In this document: in pieces, positions 23,310-34,843 of the stretch | Layout of the letters: the number at the start of each line of letters is the position of its first letter | Position numbering within the stretch: position 1 is the first letter of the stretch | Translations under genes and position numbers: made by a program | The notes under the pieces: model-generated | What the model saw: the letters and a program-made list of their open reading frames with translations, nothing else | What the model was told of the DNA's origin: nothing | Database searches by the model: none | From: Psammoneis japonica | Lineage: Eukaryota | Length of the DNA stretch: 64,000 nt | Assembly: GCA_008632985.1 (NCBI GenBank) | Contig: QPGO01000076.1 | Coordinates: forward strand, 310,001 to 374,000 | Direction: 5' to 3'

Positions 23310-24476
23310 TCAACGCATGTCATCCATGGAGTGGATCGAGAGGCTTTCCACATCACCCGCTTTGGCGTCCGCACCGCCGTCATCGTCCGCATTATCAGGA
23401 GAGGAACCACGGCGAATCGAAGAAGACGTTTCTTCTGCTCCTGCGTTTCCTCTGTCTACCGATGTAGAAGATCCCTCGTATCGAGAGAGCTCACTCTGAA
23501 AAGATTCCATCCTGGAGGTGTGTTGTTCAATCACGCCTAAAGCAATTGCCGAGGCACGATACTCGGCACGAAGGATTCTGTTAGACTGCTGGGTATTTTC
23601 GTACATGGTGAGAAAGTTCTCCGACTGACGTCTACTCTTGCAAGTCTCAATTGGCTCAATTGAACCATCTTCACATTTCCCAAGGAAGTCCTTGAAGTCT
23701 TTGTTGCAGCGTTTGGCCAACTTGTACAATATGAAGCACGCGTACACTTGAGAGGCGTACAATATAAGAAGCAAAGGGGGGAAGCATATCTTCCAGAAAT
23801 ATTTCCAGTTGCCTTCTTGAGCGTCGAGAGAACCGTCTTGCAGACCCGCAATATAGTAGACGAATGACACGATGGTCACAATTGTCTTCAAAACGAAAGC
23901 TTGAACAGCCGCAGCATAGAACAGGGAGCCCTGACGTGCTGGATACAAGCTTAAGCGGAAGCAAAAGAGAGCCAAAAAGCTCACCTGCTCAGTCGTAGCA
24001 TGGAACCCAAGAAGTAATGCGTAGCGGAGGTACATTATATCCCTAGTGTCGAAAAAAGATGCCGTAGATAACTGAATGAGCAAGAGAGTTACGAGGTGAT
24101 GTACAAGGAGTGGGATGCCGAACTTTTCTCTGTAGCAAAGTTCCCACGTGTACAAAATAGCAATGAGCTGGATCGCCAGCTCCATCCAGTGCAAACGAGC
24201 CTCTGTCGTAGTATCTTGCCCACGAAAAAGAATATCATAACCACCGTAGATTTGTGCGATGAACACAAAGGTTGTTAAAAAAAATTCCATCACATAGGTG
24301 ACAACATTGCGCTTCTTGTCTTCTGAGAGAGCTCTAAAGCAGAACTTGATATCAAGCTTTTTGACGTAAAGAAGCGCATGGCGGGTGAGATTGGATGAGA
24401 GCCACATGCATAGGAAAAAGTTGATGCACATCCAAGGGTACTGATATGGGCTGTAGAGGTCATAAGGAACCGACAT
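23310..24476 (-). CDS. Multi-pass membrane protein (possibly TLC-domain-like)
   Basis: Intact ORF from ATG 24476 with 6-7 hydrophobic helices, an LLVHHLVTL motif and a Ser-rich tail. Confidence 0.7.
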   Translation of the reverse strand: MSVPYDLYSPYQYPWMCINFFLCMWLSSNLTRHALLYVKKLDIKFCFRALSEDKKRNVVTYVMEFFLTTFVFIAQIYGGYDILFRGQDTTTEARLHWMELAIQLIAILYTWELCYREKFGIPLLVHHLVTLLLIQLSTASFFDTRDIMYLRYALLLGFHATTEQVSFLALFCFRLSLYPARQGSLFYAAAVQAFVLKTIVTIVSFVYYIAGLQDGSLDAQEGNWKYFWKICFPPLLLILYASQVYACFILYKLAKRCNKDFKDFLGKCEDGSIEPIETCKSRRQSENFLTMYENTQQSNRILRAEYRASAIALGVIEQHTSRMESFQSELSRYEGSSTSVDRGNAGAEETSSSIRRGSSPDNADDDGGADAKAGDVESLSIHSMDDMR

Positions 24477-25171
24477 AAGATCTGTTTTTAAATGTTGGTG
24501 TCGGGGTTGCTTGTGTACGGTGTACGGGGGGAGCTGGCAGTTGTTGTCAATTCGTGGCAAAGAAACGATGGGAATATATTTTAATGAGGAAATGGGACAG
24601 TTACACTGTAACTACGTGACAAGAAGAGTGCAACAGCGCAACATGCAGGCACCGGTACTAACTGCGGATGGTGTCGCAATGCGTGGCAATGCGCAATAAC
24701 GCTTCACGTCGCCGTCGCCCGCATCATCGCATCGCTCCATCGACACAAAATTCTGACAACCGATGTCTCATAATTTTTTAACGACGACATCTTTCTCCTT
24801 CAAAATTACTTAACATTAAAAAACCTTCTTTGGGATTTGAAGACAAATAAATAATTAATGAAGGGTACTGGCTGGACATTTCCTCCCCGTAGATGCTGTA
24901 CATAAGTACGTACGTACAGTGCCGGTAGTTGAATACTGTGAATCACGAGTCTTTAATCCCGCATGACTCGCTCGACTCGAATTTTTTGGAAGTTTCAGCA
25001 GACTTTGACCCCCGCTATAGCCACAACATACACAAGATATGAGCATTATCGGTCTCGTACTCTTTAAACCAATGTCTTGTGAGAATGTAATAGGCATGTA
25101 TTGTTCATGGTATCTGGTATTTCAAAATAATAGAACTAACTTTTCATGGAACACCTGTGACAAAAGACAGC

Positions 25172-25185
25172 CATTATATATCTAA
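25172..25185 (+). promoter_or_regulatory. TATA-like element upstream of the permuted tRNA
   Basis: CATTATATATCTAA about 30-45 bp upstream of the tRNA 3' half. Confidence 0.45.
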
Positions 25186-25216
25186 AGTTCCCCAGGGAAA
25201 TTAGCAGCTGTAAGAC

Positions 25217-25293
25217 ATCGGGAGATTCCGGGTTCGAATCCCGGGCGGGATTCTCCTGTCCCGTTGGCTCAATGGTACAGCGCCCGACTACGG
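25217..25293 (+). tRNA. Circularly permuted tRNA-Arg(ACG): 3' half 25217-25252, spacer CTCCT, 5' half 25258-25293
   Basis: Joining the 5' half to the 3' half gives a 72-nt cloverleaf: acceptor GTCCCGT/GCGGGAT, D-arm GCT..AATGGTA..AGC, anticodon stem CCCGA/TCGGG with loop CTACGG|A, T-arm CCGGG-TTCGAAT-CCCGG. Confidence 0.88.
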
Positions 25294-25300
25294 TCAGCTC

Positions 25301-25314
25301 TTTTTCATTTTTTT
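25301..25314 (+). terminator. RNA polymerase III oligo-T terminator
   Basis: TTTTTCATTTTTTT, 7 nt downstream of the tRNA 5' half. Confidence 0.7.
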
Positions 25315-25329
25315 GCAGCAGTCCTAATT

Positions 25330-28300
25330 GCACGTGGGTGCCGTGGTGGGGCTCAGGGCTGCTGCTTTGCCAAGATCGGTGCTTTTGCTGGCAGCGATTG
25401 TCGTCGTGTTGTGTTGCTTGGCTTGATGCTTGATGGCAAGGCTGTTTCTTTTGCTTTTTTTTGTCAGCCAGCATTGAAACAGCCACTCAACTCCTCCTGC
25501 TGCAAGAGAGCAACTCTTGACACTCCTCTTGTTGCTTCATGTGCTGCCTCTTGTTTGAGGCTTTTTGTTCAGCCACACACCTCTTTCCTCTTTCCTGCAC
25601 TCAACAAAAGATGGCTCAACTTTTCTCCTGAAAGAAAGGGGGGTTGCTTGCAAGCCCAAGATTTGTTGTCATGTGTTTGAGGGGGCAGAGCTCTGGAAGC
25701 TGCAAAAGCTGACAAGTGCAGCCCAAGAACCAAGCACAAAAGCCATCATGAATCCACCACAAGGCAGGTGCTTGCACCATGAATGCAAAAGGCTTCTTGT
25801 TTTTGTTTTTGTACAATGACGAGGGAAAGAAGGGGCACTTGGCTCTGTTGAATCATTCAAAAGTCTGGTTGCTGAGTGAGCAGCACGTGCCGCCAAGTTG
25901 CAACCTTTCTCCTCAACAAACTAAAGTGTGATTGCCTGTGCAGGCCAAAATGATGGCTGCATTTGAAGAGTGGCTGGGCACAACCCAGCAACAAGCCACT
26001 TTTCAAACAAATGAAAATGGCGGTTTGCACCACAGTTGTCAACATGGTGAATGGCTGCCATGATGGCAAATGCCAGCAAGTGCACAGTCTGCAGCAGCCA
26101 AAGAGTGCACCTGGGTGTGTCTCATTCTGCTGCATTGAGCAACTTTCCCTGCACCGGCTGTGTGATCCTCTCCTGCAAAAGCGTTTCTGAGGCAATTTTC
26201 ATCATGCTGGGCCATGCACAAATTTGGCACCTGGTCTGTCTTTTTCAAAAAATGCACAGACTTCGGCCCTTTCCCAGGTGGGAGCGGACCTCATTGGATC
26301 ATGTCGCATTGTGACAGCTCCTGGTCTTCAAAGTGACGGGCATGGTCCACACTCACAGCATTGTTGTGTGCAGGCAGTGATGGTTTGGTGTGGCGCTGGC
26401 TGATGGCTCCTTTGGATGGGCTCTCATGACAAAAGGAGTGCTGCTGGCAGACCACAAAGGTGCAGTGTTTGGACAGCTGTGGTCTCATCACACCAAACAG
26501 AGGCTTGTGGCATGATGCTGCCCTTCTGTCATCTCACATTTCATTTTTTTTAGCTCTGTGGGGCAGTGGCCAGCAGTGCAGGAATGGCGCCAGCACTTGC
26601 AGCAACAATTTGTTGGCTGAAATGGTGAGTCAACTTGATTGACCATTCCTTGCTGCCAGCTCAAGCGCCATCACCACACAAATGAGACAGAGAAGCTGAC
26701 TTCCACATCATGCTCATCAATTTTTTTGGCAAATGCTCTCTCTCTAGACTGGGGTGCTGCCAAAAAAATTTGCAGTGCACTGGTCAAAATCAGGGCATGC
26801 AAACAAGTTGAGGGAACCTCCAGATCACTTGCAATTCTCAAGTGGGTGAAGGGTCATGAAGGCAGTCAAGCCCCAGCTCATGCACCCTTCTGTGGAAAAT
26901 GACAACAAACACCAGACCCAACAAGATTGCTGTGGCAACTGCCATGGCATGTGCTCATGCTGGACCACATTTTGCTCCTGGATTCCCACACAGCTCTTGA
27001 GCCTCATTGTTGGCAAAGCTGCTTTGGCATCCTGCTGCAAGATGAAAATTTGATTGCAGCTTTTGCCCCCTTCTTTGACACACACACACACACAAAAGCA
27101 CCCACAGACAGATTGAGCTTGTGTGACCAAAATTGACTGGAAAGTGCTCATGGCTCTCACAAGCCATCACATCAGAAAACAAGTGGTGTCCACCACAAAA
27201 CTTGAGCAAGACCTCTCTCCTCCTCTTCCCACCAGCAAGATTGCACACTCCTGACGCAGCTCAGCATGACCACCAGACTGCTCCTTTGTTCAAGCAAAGC
27301 ATGAAGGAGAGGCAAAGGCACATGTGCTGCACAGAGTGAAGACAACTGCCAGTTGCTTTGGTTGGGTGCCACAAAGTCAGCACTGGGACAGGCCAGTCTG
27401 CTTTCAATTTTGTCTTGCTGCTGTGCCATGTGCTGAAAGTGTGGGTCAGCCTGCTGCTGGGAGTGGCTGGGAGCGTTCTTGCCTTGGTGCACTGCAGGGT
27501 CTTTGGGAGCAAACATGGGCATCCTCCACCAGTTTGTTGCAAGGCTTGCTCTTCTGGCATGCAGACAATCTCCAAGTGGATCAATGGACTTGACACAATC
27601 ATCCAAGTTGACACTGTGCAGCAGCTGATGCTTGGGTGGTGGGTTGTGCACCTCTTTTTCTTCTTGCTCAGGAGTGGCACAAGCAAGTCCAGGATTCTTG
27701 AGTTTTGGGGGCTTTGTGTGATGCATTTTGGTTTGTGACAATGGCAGCAAAGTCTGGCATGCTGTTGTTGTGCAACACACAAGAACATGTGCAGCACCAA
27801 GTCCTTGGTTCAAAGGCAGGGTGATCAAAGTAGATCTCAAAAAACTTCAGGGGCAAAAGAAGCAATCAAAACACAAGTGGTTTGTTGCGTCCTCCTTTGC
27901 ATTGGCCAGAGCAGCTCTTTGCACTTTCAGCAACACAAAAGATGATCTTTGCTGTTGGTGTTTGGTCAACCACTGGCATCCCTTCTTGGAAATGTCTTTG
28001 GGAGAGCAGGAGAGGAAGAGAAGGCTTGCCGCCCTTTCCAGATTTCCAGCCTTGAGCTTGGGCATGTTTTGCTTCAAAGGATGTCTTTTCGCTGGCACGT
28101 GCATGCAAACATGCAGCTGAAACACTAAATCAACAATCAAACTGGCAACAAAGGAGGCAGCATTTGTCTTGGCAGCCATGCCAAATTGCTTGTCACTTGA
28201 CAAAAAAGAATGACATTCAACCTCAGCAAAACAGAGGAGCAAAGAGGCTCCCACAGCAAGAGAGGTGGAGCTGGCGCTGGCAGAGGCAGCAGCCAAGCTG

Positions 28301-31300
28301 TCAAACTTCTCAAGCTTGGAAAAGCCTTGGCAACATGACAAAAAAAGGAGATTTGAGCTCCTGTGTGCTGCACCTCAGATTTGAAAAGCTTTGACAAGGT
28401 TTGCCTGGAAGTCAGCAGGAACAAATGGCTTGCCTCTTTAGCCTTGAAGGTTCTCAAGTTTTGGGTGGCTGCCATGAATGTGAGAGATGACTTTGCCCTC
28501 ATCTTCTCCAACAAAGTTGGCAATCGTGTCATTGGCTGTGGCAGCAATCAAGCAACAAGAAGCACCTCCTTCAGAGTTGCTGTGCAGTTGCTTCATCATG
28601 ACAGCAAAGAATGGGGAGCCACCCTGCTTCCCAATTGTTGACAAGTCAAATGGGTTTTGTTGACTTTTTTCTCAACAGCTTGAGAAGAAAACTTGTTGAC
28701 AAGGCAGACATGGGCAAGATGCAGACTTGTCAAACTTCCATGGGTTCCACTGGGGTTCTTGGCCGCCGATGTGCCATGCCACTTGTTGCTTGCCACCACT
28801 TTGGCAGTTGCCAAACATTCCATGCAAAGGTTGTGGGGGTCTCAAGGGTTGAAGGATTGACATTTTTGAGGAAAATGTTGCCCATGTCATGCACAGTGTG
28901 ACTTGACTGCATGGGGCCAAGATGAACACAGCCAGGTTGCAAGTGTCTTCAAGCTTGCCAGGGTCTTTGATGTCGACAATGAGGAATTCAAATTTTTCAT
29001 CTGTGCTGGGCCCAAGCTGTCTCTCTGGGCTTTGGTGTGAACCCTTGTGGTTTTTTCACCTGCCAGCCACTGGCAGGGCTTCCCCTGTCATGCCAGCCAC
29101 CACACCATGGCAATGCCATGCAGATGTGTTGCCCCTTGAGCATGCCATTGCATGTGTGTTCTGAACCTGCCTGCTCTGTCTGCATGTGTTTCCCATGCAC
29201 TGGGCAGCTGACTGCACACTGCAGAGCTCACCAGCTGGCCATGTGCCCCACAACCAGGAGGACGCTGATGTCAGCATGGCACTGTGTGAAGAAGTTGCAC
29301 CCTGGGATCCACCACCTGGACACACAGCACAGCAGAGTCCCGCCCAAGTTCTCACTTTCACACTTGCTGCATCTGCTGGCATGCTGTGGGGCAATGATCT
29401 CCCCGCAGGCTGTGAAAGTGCTTGAGAAGGCTCTGGCTGTTGCGCCAATTGATGATGAGCTGCTGGGTGCTGGCAGTGCCAAATGATCAGATGCTGAATG
29501 CAGTTGATGCACAGTTTGTCAGGTGGGATGAGTTGGCATTGTTGTGAGGCACTGTCACTTTTGAGGGAGAGGCTGACACAGTGTTTTGTCATGAAGGCAG
29601 TTGGAGTGTGATGTGCACGTGCTCACAACCTGCCATGAACTCAGCTGAGTGCTGCAGCTGGGCTGTTGGTTCAGTGCAAGAGACAGCACCACAAACAGCT
29701 GGGTTGGCTGCAATGGGTGGCATTGACATGCTCTTGTTGTTGCTGCTGCCAGCACTGACTGTGCTGGGCAACAAGATTGTGAGCAAAAGTTGAAGCACAA
29801 GGCTTTGAGCAAAGACAGAGAAGCATCAGCAACATGAGTGAACTGCAGGCATTTTCCAACATTGCTCATGGATGCCAGACATCAGAGTTTGCGTGCTGTG
29901 TCCTTGAGCAACAGCCTCCCTTTAGAGAGTGGTTCAAGGTGACTCTGTCACAAAGCCAATGTTTGCAAGGTTGCATGGCCAGCTCTTTGTTGTTGTCGCC
30001 ACATGCTTTGCACATGGACTCAAGAGTCAATGTGCCAAGCTCTTGCACCTTGTGCTCACAGAAAAAAGAAATCAACAAAGTTTTGCCCAAAGTCAACTCA
30101 TCTGACAAAACTCACTCTCATTTCATTTGCAAATGGACGTGTGATCATTCCTGCACAAACCAAATGCTTGGTGATGCTTGGCTGGCTTGAAAGTGGCAAG
30201 CAACCCCAGTGTGCAAAAGATCCTTTGCTGAAAGGTCCAACAACCCAAAGTCAAAAGAAGATGAGGGCCAAACTGAGCTGGAATGTTTGTGGTGCACAGA
30301 ACCTTTTGTGTGAGCAATGTGTGCAATCATCACCTTCCATCTTCTTGTTTGAAATTGGTGCAAACATTGATTGGGGGAGATGATCATGACCAAAGAGTGT
30401 GGCACGCCTGTGTGTCCTCATGATCTAGCACCCAAGTTGATTGCCTGTGTTTGAGGTCAAAAGCAAAAACACAAAGCTCCATCAACAGACCGGACAGTGT
30501 TCCCTGGTGTGGATGGAGTGTGGGGCAAGTGCTCAGATCAAACTGGAGATGCTGCCAACCACATCAAAGCAACACAATTTTGATCCTGTGGATGCTTTCA
30601 AGTGGGGTGTGGAAGGTGTTGAGTTTGGTGTTCTTGAGACTCTCTTTGGATTGTGGATTTCACGTGCTGGTGAGACTGTTTTTTGTGGAGTGACTCTGTC
30701 AATTTTTTGTCAGCAAGAGCCTCCGGCAAAAAGCCACACAGCAATTCAAAGTTGCTGGTTTTGTCAGAATTCATGCCTCCTGCAACAAGGAGGAAGAAGT
30801 TTGCAACACCCATTTCAGCATCATCTGGAGTGGAGTTGTGTGGTGTTCTGGGACATTCGTGTTAAAATGCCCACAGTTTGGACAGAGAACCTTGTGACAC
30901 CACCACTTCTCACTCTCACATGAAGCAACGATGGCATTGTAGAAAAGGACATGGTCTCTCTTGACAGCTCAAGCACCCAGCAAGACATTGTGTTGGCCTG
31001 GAGTTTGTGGAACTTCACATGCTCAAGTCCATCCAAGGAATGCAAGCCAAACAATGCCTGCATGGCCGGCTTGTTTCCTGCTCCTCTGAGCCTGGAGCTC
31101 TTGAAAAAGCAAGCAAACGATTTCGTGAGCAATGTCCTCATCAAGGATTTGTCCTCCATGACCTCTGCCACTCACTCATCAATCGTTTCTTCTTCGACAC
31201 TCTGGACAATGTCAGTGTTGTCGCAGGACCGCTTTGGGACCTTCCTGCTTCATCACTGATGGTTTCTTGAGTGACAAGTTCATGCAGTTCAAGTCGAAGC

Positions 31301-34300
31301 CGTCAACGTTCGTGAGGGACTGAGGCGGTTGGTGCCACAAGCTCACAATGGTTGTCAAAGGATGACATCACAGTCCATGCGATTGACAACTTCAACTGAT
31401 TGTGCTGTGAAACTGCGCCGAACTGCCATGAGCTTGAAGGTGGTTCGTGAAGAATTTTCACAGCAATTTGTGCAACAAAAGTTCAACGATGCCTGACATG
31501 TTCAAAACTGCATCAGCGCAATGGGATGTGTCATTCTGGTGGAAGGGAAATGTCGCAGATGCAGCATGAATGTAGTGATGGCCCAAGTTGTGTGCCACAG
31601 GTCCACAAATTCTGCCGCTTTGTCCCTCATGCATGAACTCAACCACTGTCATGTTGCCTTGTTCCCTTGATGGAAGCCAAAGCATGTTAGTCAAACCTGC
31701 ACCATGCCCACCAATCAGAGCATGTGCCTTGCTAAAATGGTTGGCACAATCTCTGGGTGAAAAGTTTGCAAGCTCTGAATCAGAAAAAACATTGAAAGAG
31801 ATGTTTGTGTGCATCTCTTGGAGTCTTTCAACAAGGGCCTTGAAATTCCGAACTCGATGCGTGCTTTGTCTTTTCAATGCAACTGTCTTTGTGCGAGTGG
31901 GAGGATTGGCATGACTGTCGGGTGCAGCTTGGTGCAGAGCCATCTGCAACAATCTGGCATTTGCTCGACTGGGGTCCGGTGGCATCAGAGCAGCTGGACA
32001 AATGGTGTCTTGCACCTTGGAGCATTCATTGAAACCTTGGCAGCTTCCAGAAACCGTCGTGTTGCAAAGCAAAAACTGGAGATGCAATGAGTGAAAGGAA
32101 AACTCACTCGGAGCAAAGAGATCCATTTCATTGTTCTGAATGTGTCATGCAACAAGGGATTTCGATGTTGCAAAATGACCCAGAACTTCACAAATGAAAT
32201 GAAAGCATGTTGCGCCATGATTGTGTGAGAGCGAGACAAGAGGTCAGGCATGGTTAGAAGCCCCAAGGGTGAAGTGTTGTCCAGGTTTGTAGAGGACTCG
32301 ATCTGGGCAGCACCCACCACTCACATCGTGTGCGATTCGAGTCACAGTGTCCACAACTGCCCCCCTTCGATCAACAATTTGAGCATCTTTCACGACGAGC
32401 ACCGCATCTTCTGGAGGGCATTTTGTTCCATTGTCAGAAAGTTTCTCGCCACACAAAAATGCCATTCTTGACTCTGATGACAGGCAATCTTGCAGTTTCT
32501 TCCACGAAAAGGCAAAACAGTGAGAATCGACTTCGTCCCTCTTTTGAATGACTTTTGTAAAGTTCAGGGAGGCTGCTCGTACTCTAGAAACAGGGCTCAG
32601 CAATGTGGAGTGTGCCTCTTGCACTGCAGCCAGATTCCGGCAAAGTCCAAATGCAGCCAATGCTGCCAGGCCCACAAGAAGCAAAGCAAGCACCATTTTC
32701 TTTCTCACAGCAGGTTCATCATCTGTCCACCCATGCTGTGCTTGGAGCAACCGGCTCGCGTGACAAAAGCAATGAGCCTCAGCACCGCAACAGGAGGCAG
32801 GCTGGCGAGGTGTCACCCAAAGACTTGTGTGCACAAAGAACCCACTTGAACCAGAGTGTTGTGATGGGATCTGGCATTGTGCATTTGTTGACAATGACAG
32901 TTTCTTTTTGGGCATTGGAAAAATTGGAAGTTCTGTGCAAACTTGCCCTCTCTCTGCTGAAAGGGCGCATGTCATCAACAAGAAGAAGGTGCCACAGCTG
33001 CTTGCCAGAGGAGAGGGTGGGGGAAAAGGAATTGCACTGCACACAACAAGCAGCTCTGTTTGTCCACTGCCACTGCCTTCTCCAGCTTGATGGGGGGTGG
33101 CTTTCCAGCTCTGGGTGTTGGGATTTTTGGATGTTTGCCCTCTCCTGCTGCGGAGCTCCAGGCCAGAGTCATCGCAAGCTCCCCAGCAGCTGTTGCACCA
33201 GGTGACAAGCACACCCATTTTTTACATCAAAACAAATGACCACTCTGCAGTGACACAACACCTCTCCACACTCAAAATTTTGGAAAATCTGTGTGCATTG
33301 TTGTGCTCCAGCCACAGGTGTCAGAGGGGCAGCACAGCTGCAACACACATCAGCATCAAAGGTTGTTGAGTGAGTCATGGCTCAACAACTGCACTGCAAG
33401 CTGGTGCAAAACAAGTCCAAAGTCATGCGGAAATGCACCTGAATCCTGCACTGAGACACAAAAATGCAAAATGTTGCTGTTCCCTGTGCTGCGAGCCTCC
33501 TTCAAGCTGGAGCTCATCTGGGATCAGTGGGGGAGAGACAAGCTTGCTCTGCACAGGCTGTTTTCCAGGGCTGACTTCAAAGACAAAAGAGCTCCTTCAT
33601 CCAACAACTCTGGCATTTTCAGTTTTGCTCATCTGGGCAATCCAACAAGATGCCAGGACAGTGGCAAGGAGCACAGCACTGGCAACAAAGGAAAAGTGAG
33701 TGGAGGGTCTCAGAGAGATTCAACCACTGCTGTCTGCACAATGCACTGATGTTGTCTGTCTCTCTGAGTGTGCACATGACACACACAGCAGTCAAAACAC
33801 TGCCACCCTTCCCTGATGAGCAATCCAGGTTGCTGGTCAAAGAAGAAACAATGTCTGACAGGGAGAAAGAGCAAGACAGACAAAGGAGAATTGCTCACAA
33901 AGGGGTCTTTCAACAGCACCTGCAAGAGCCAAAGCAGACAGCAGTTGGCTGAGTCAGCCACAGCAACCCATCAATTGGCAAGAATGACCAGCATGGAGAG
34001 CCCAACCAGCCACCTTTGCAAGCACAACAGCAGAGTCAATGACTTGAGGAATGTGCCCAGCAATGATTTTCTTCTCTTCCTGCTGCTCTTGAGTGGCAAA
34101 CTTCATGACATCAACATGTTGCATTCACTTGGTGAGGGCACTTGAGAGGTGCTTCTGCTCTGAGGTGATGGGTGAGAGTGACATGCTCAGCTGTCAGCAA
34201 GATTTCATTCCTCAAAAAGAAAAGAGAGTTGTGCTTTCATGATGATTTGCACATGATGGAAGACACACTTTGCACCAGCCAAGCAGAAAACCAGATCTGT

Positions 34301-34600
34301 TTTTAAAGTGCGGTCACTCCCTTGCCGGCCATGCCAATGCAGACTAACCCACACTCCCAGGCACTGAGTGTTCTGTTTGACCATGCAGCCTCATGGCTTC
34401 CTGAAGCTGGGGAGGAGTGAAGTGGCCCAACGACCCCTCCACTCACGAGGAGTCTGTCTTTCATTTGCATTTCAGCTCTGAAAAAATAACCCAATTCGAT
34501 TCATCGTGTGTGCGCAGGTCCGTCATTTGCACAGAAGTGAGCCACTCTGATCCGCCACTTTGCTCAGTTTTCCAAAGATTCGTTCAACGAAAAAAAAATC
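25330..34600. other. Large TpA- and CpG-depleted domain containing decayed coding sequence
   Basis: Kilobase stretches with almost no TA or CG, strong TG/CA excess and many Cys/His/Gln-rich spurious ORFs. Contains a GT61 pseudogene. Confidence 0.75.
31458..32696 (-). pseudogene. Glycosyltransferase family 61 (DUF563)-like pseudogene
   Basis: N-terminal anchor MVLALLLVGLAALAAFG, HNHGATCFHFICEVL (eroded NYFHF-like motif), IGGHGAGLTNMLW...VVE. Single frame with TGA stops at 32244-32246 and 32145-32147. Confidence 0.75.
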
Positions 34601-34843
34601 TTTGTGAACCATGTAGATCTTTGGCTTACAATCTACATACAACGAATATCTTCTACTCGTTCCTACTCACCAATAAATGGAGTGGCGCTACATCAGTAGA
34701 ACACCGTTACTTCGTTCAGAGGCTCACTGAATAAAGACGCATGTTAAAAGAGGACGTCCACAAATGTCGGGTGGTCAGCGTGCAGATACTCTCCTATGTC
34801 TAGATGATAGCTAATGGAAGTTGATAGTACGCGTCTTGCTAGC

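Noticed and set aside
25258..25293. Causal link between the tRNA-Arg(ACG) A34-to-I editing substrate and the A->G mutation domain
   Set aside because: Suggestive (UACG is the TadA/ADAT target), but no deaminase gene is in the window and proximity alone is not evidence.
25330..31450. Numerous Cys/His-rich ORFs as small metal-binding or secreted proteins
   Set aside because: They occur in all six frames and follow from loss of TAA/TAG stops and TG/CA excess. No domain support.
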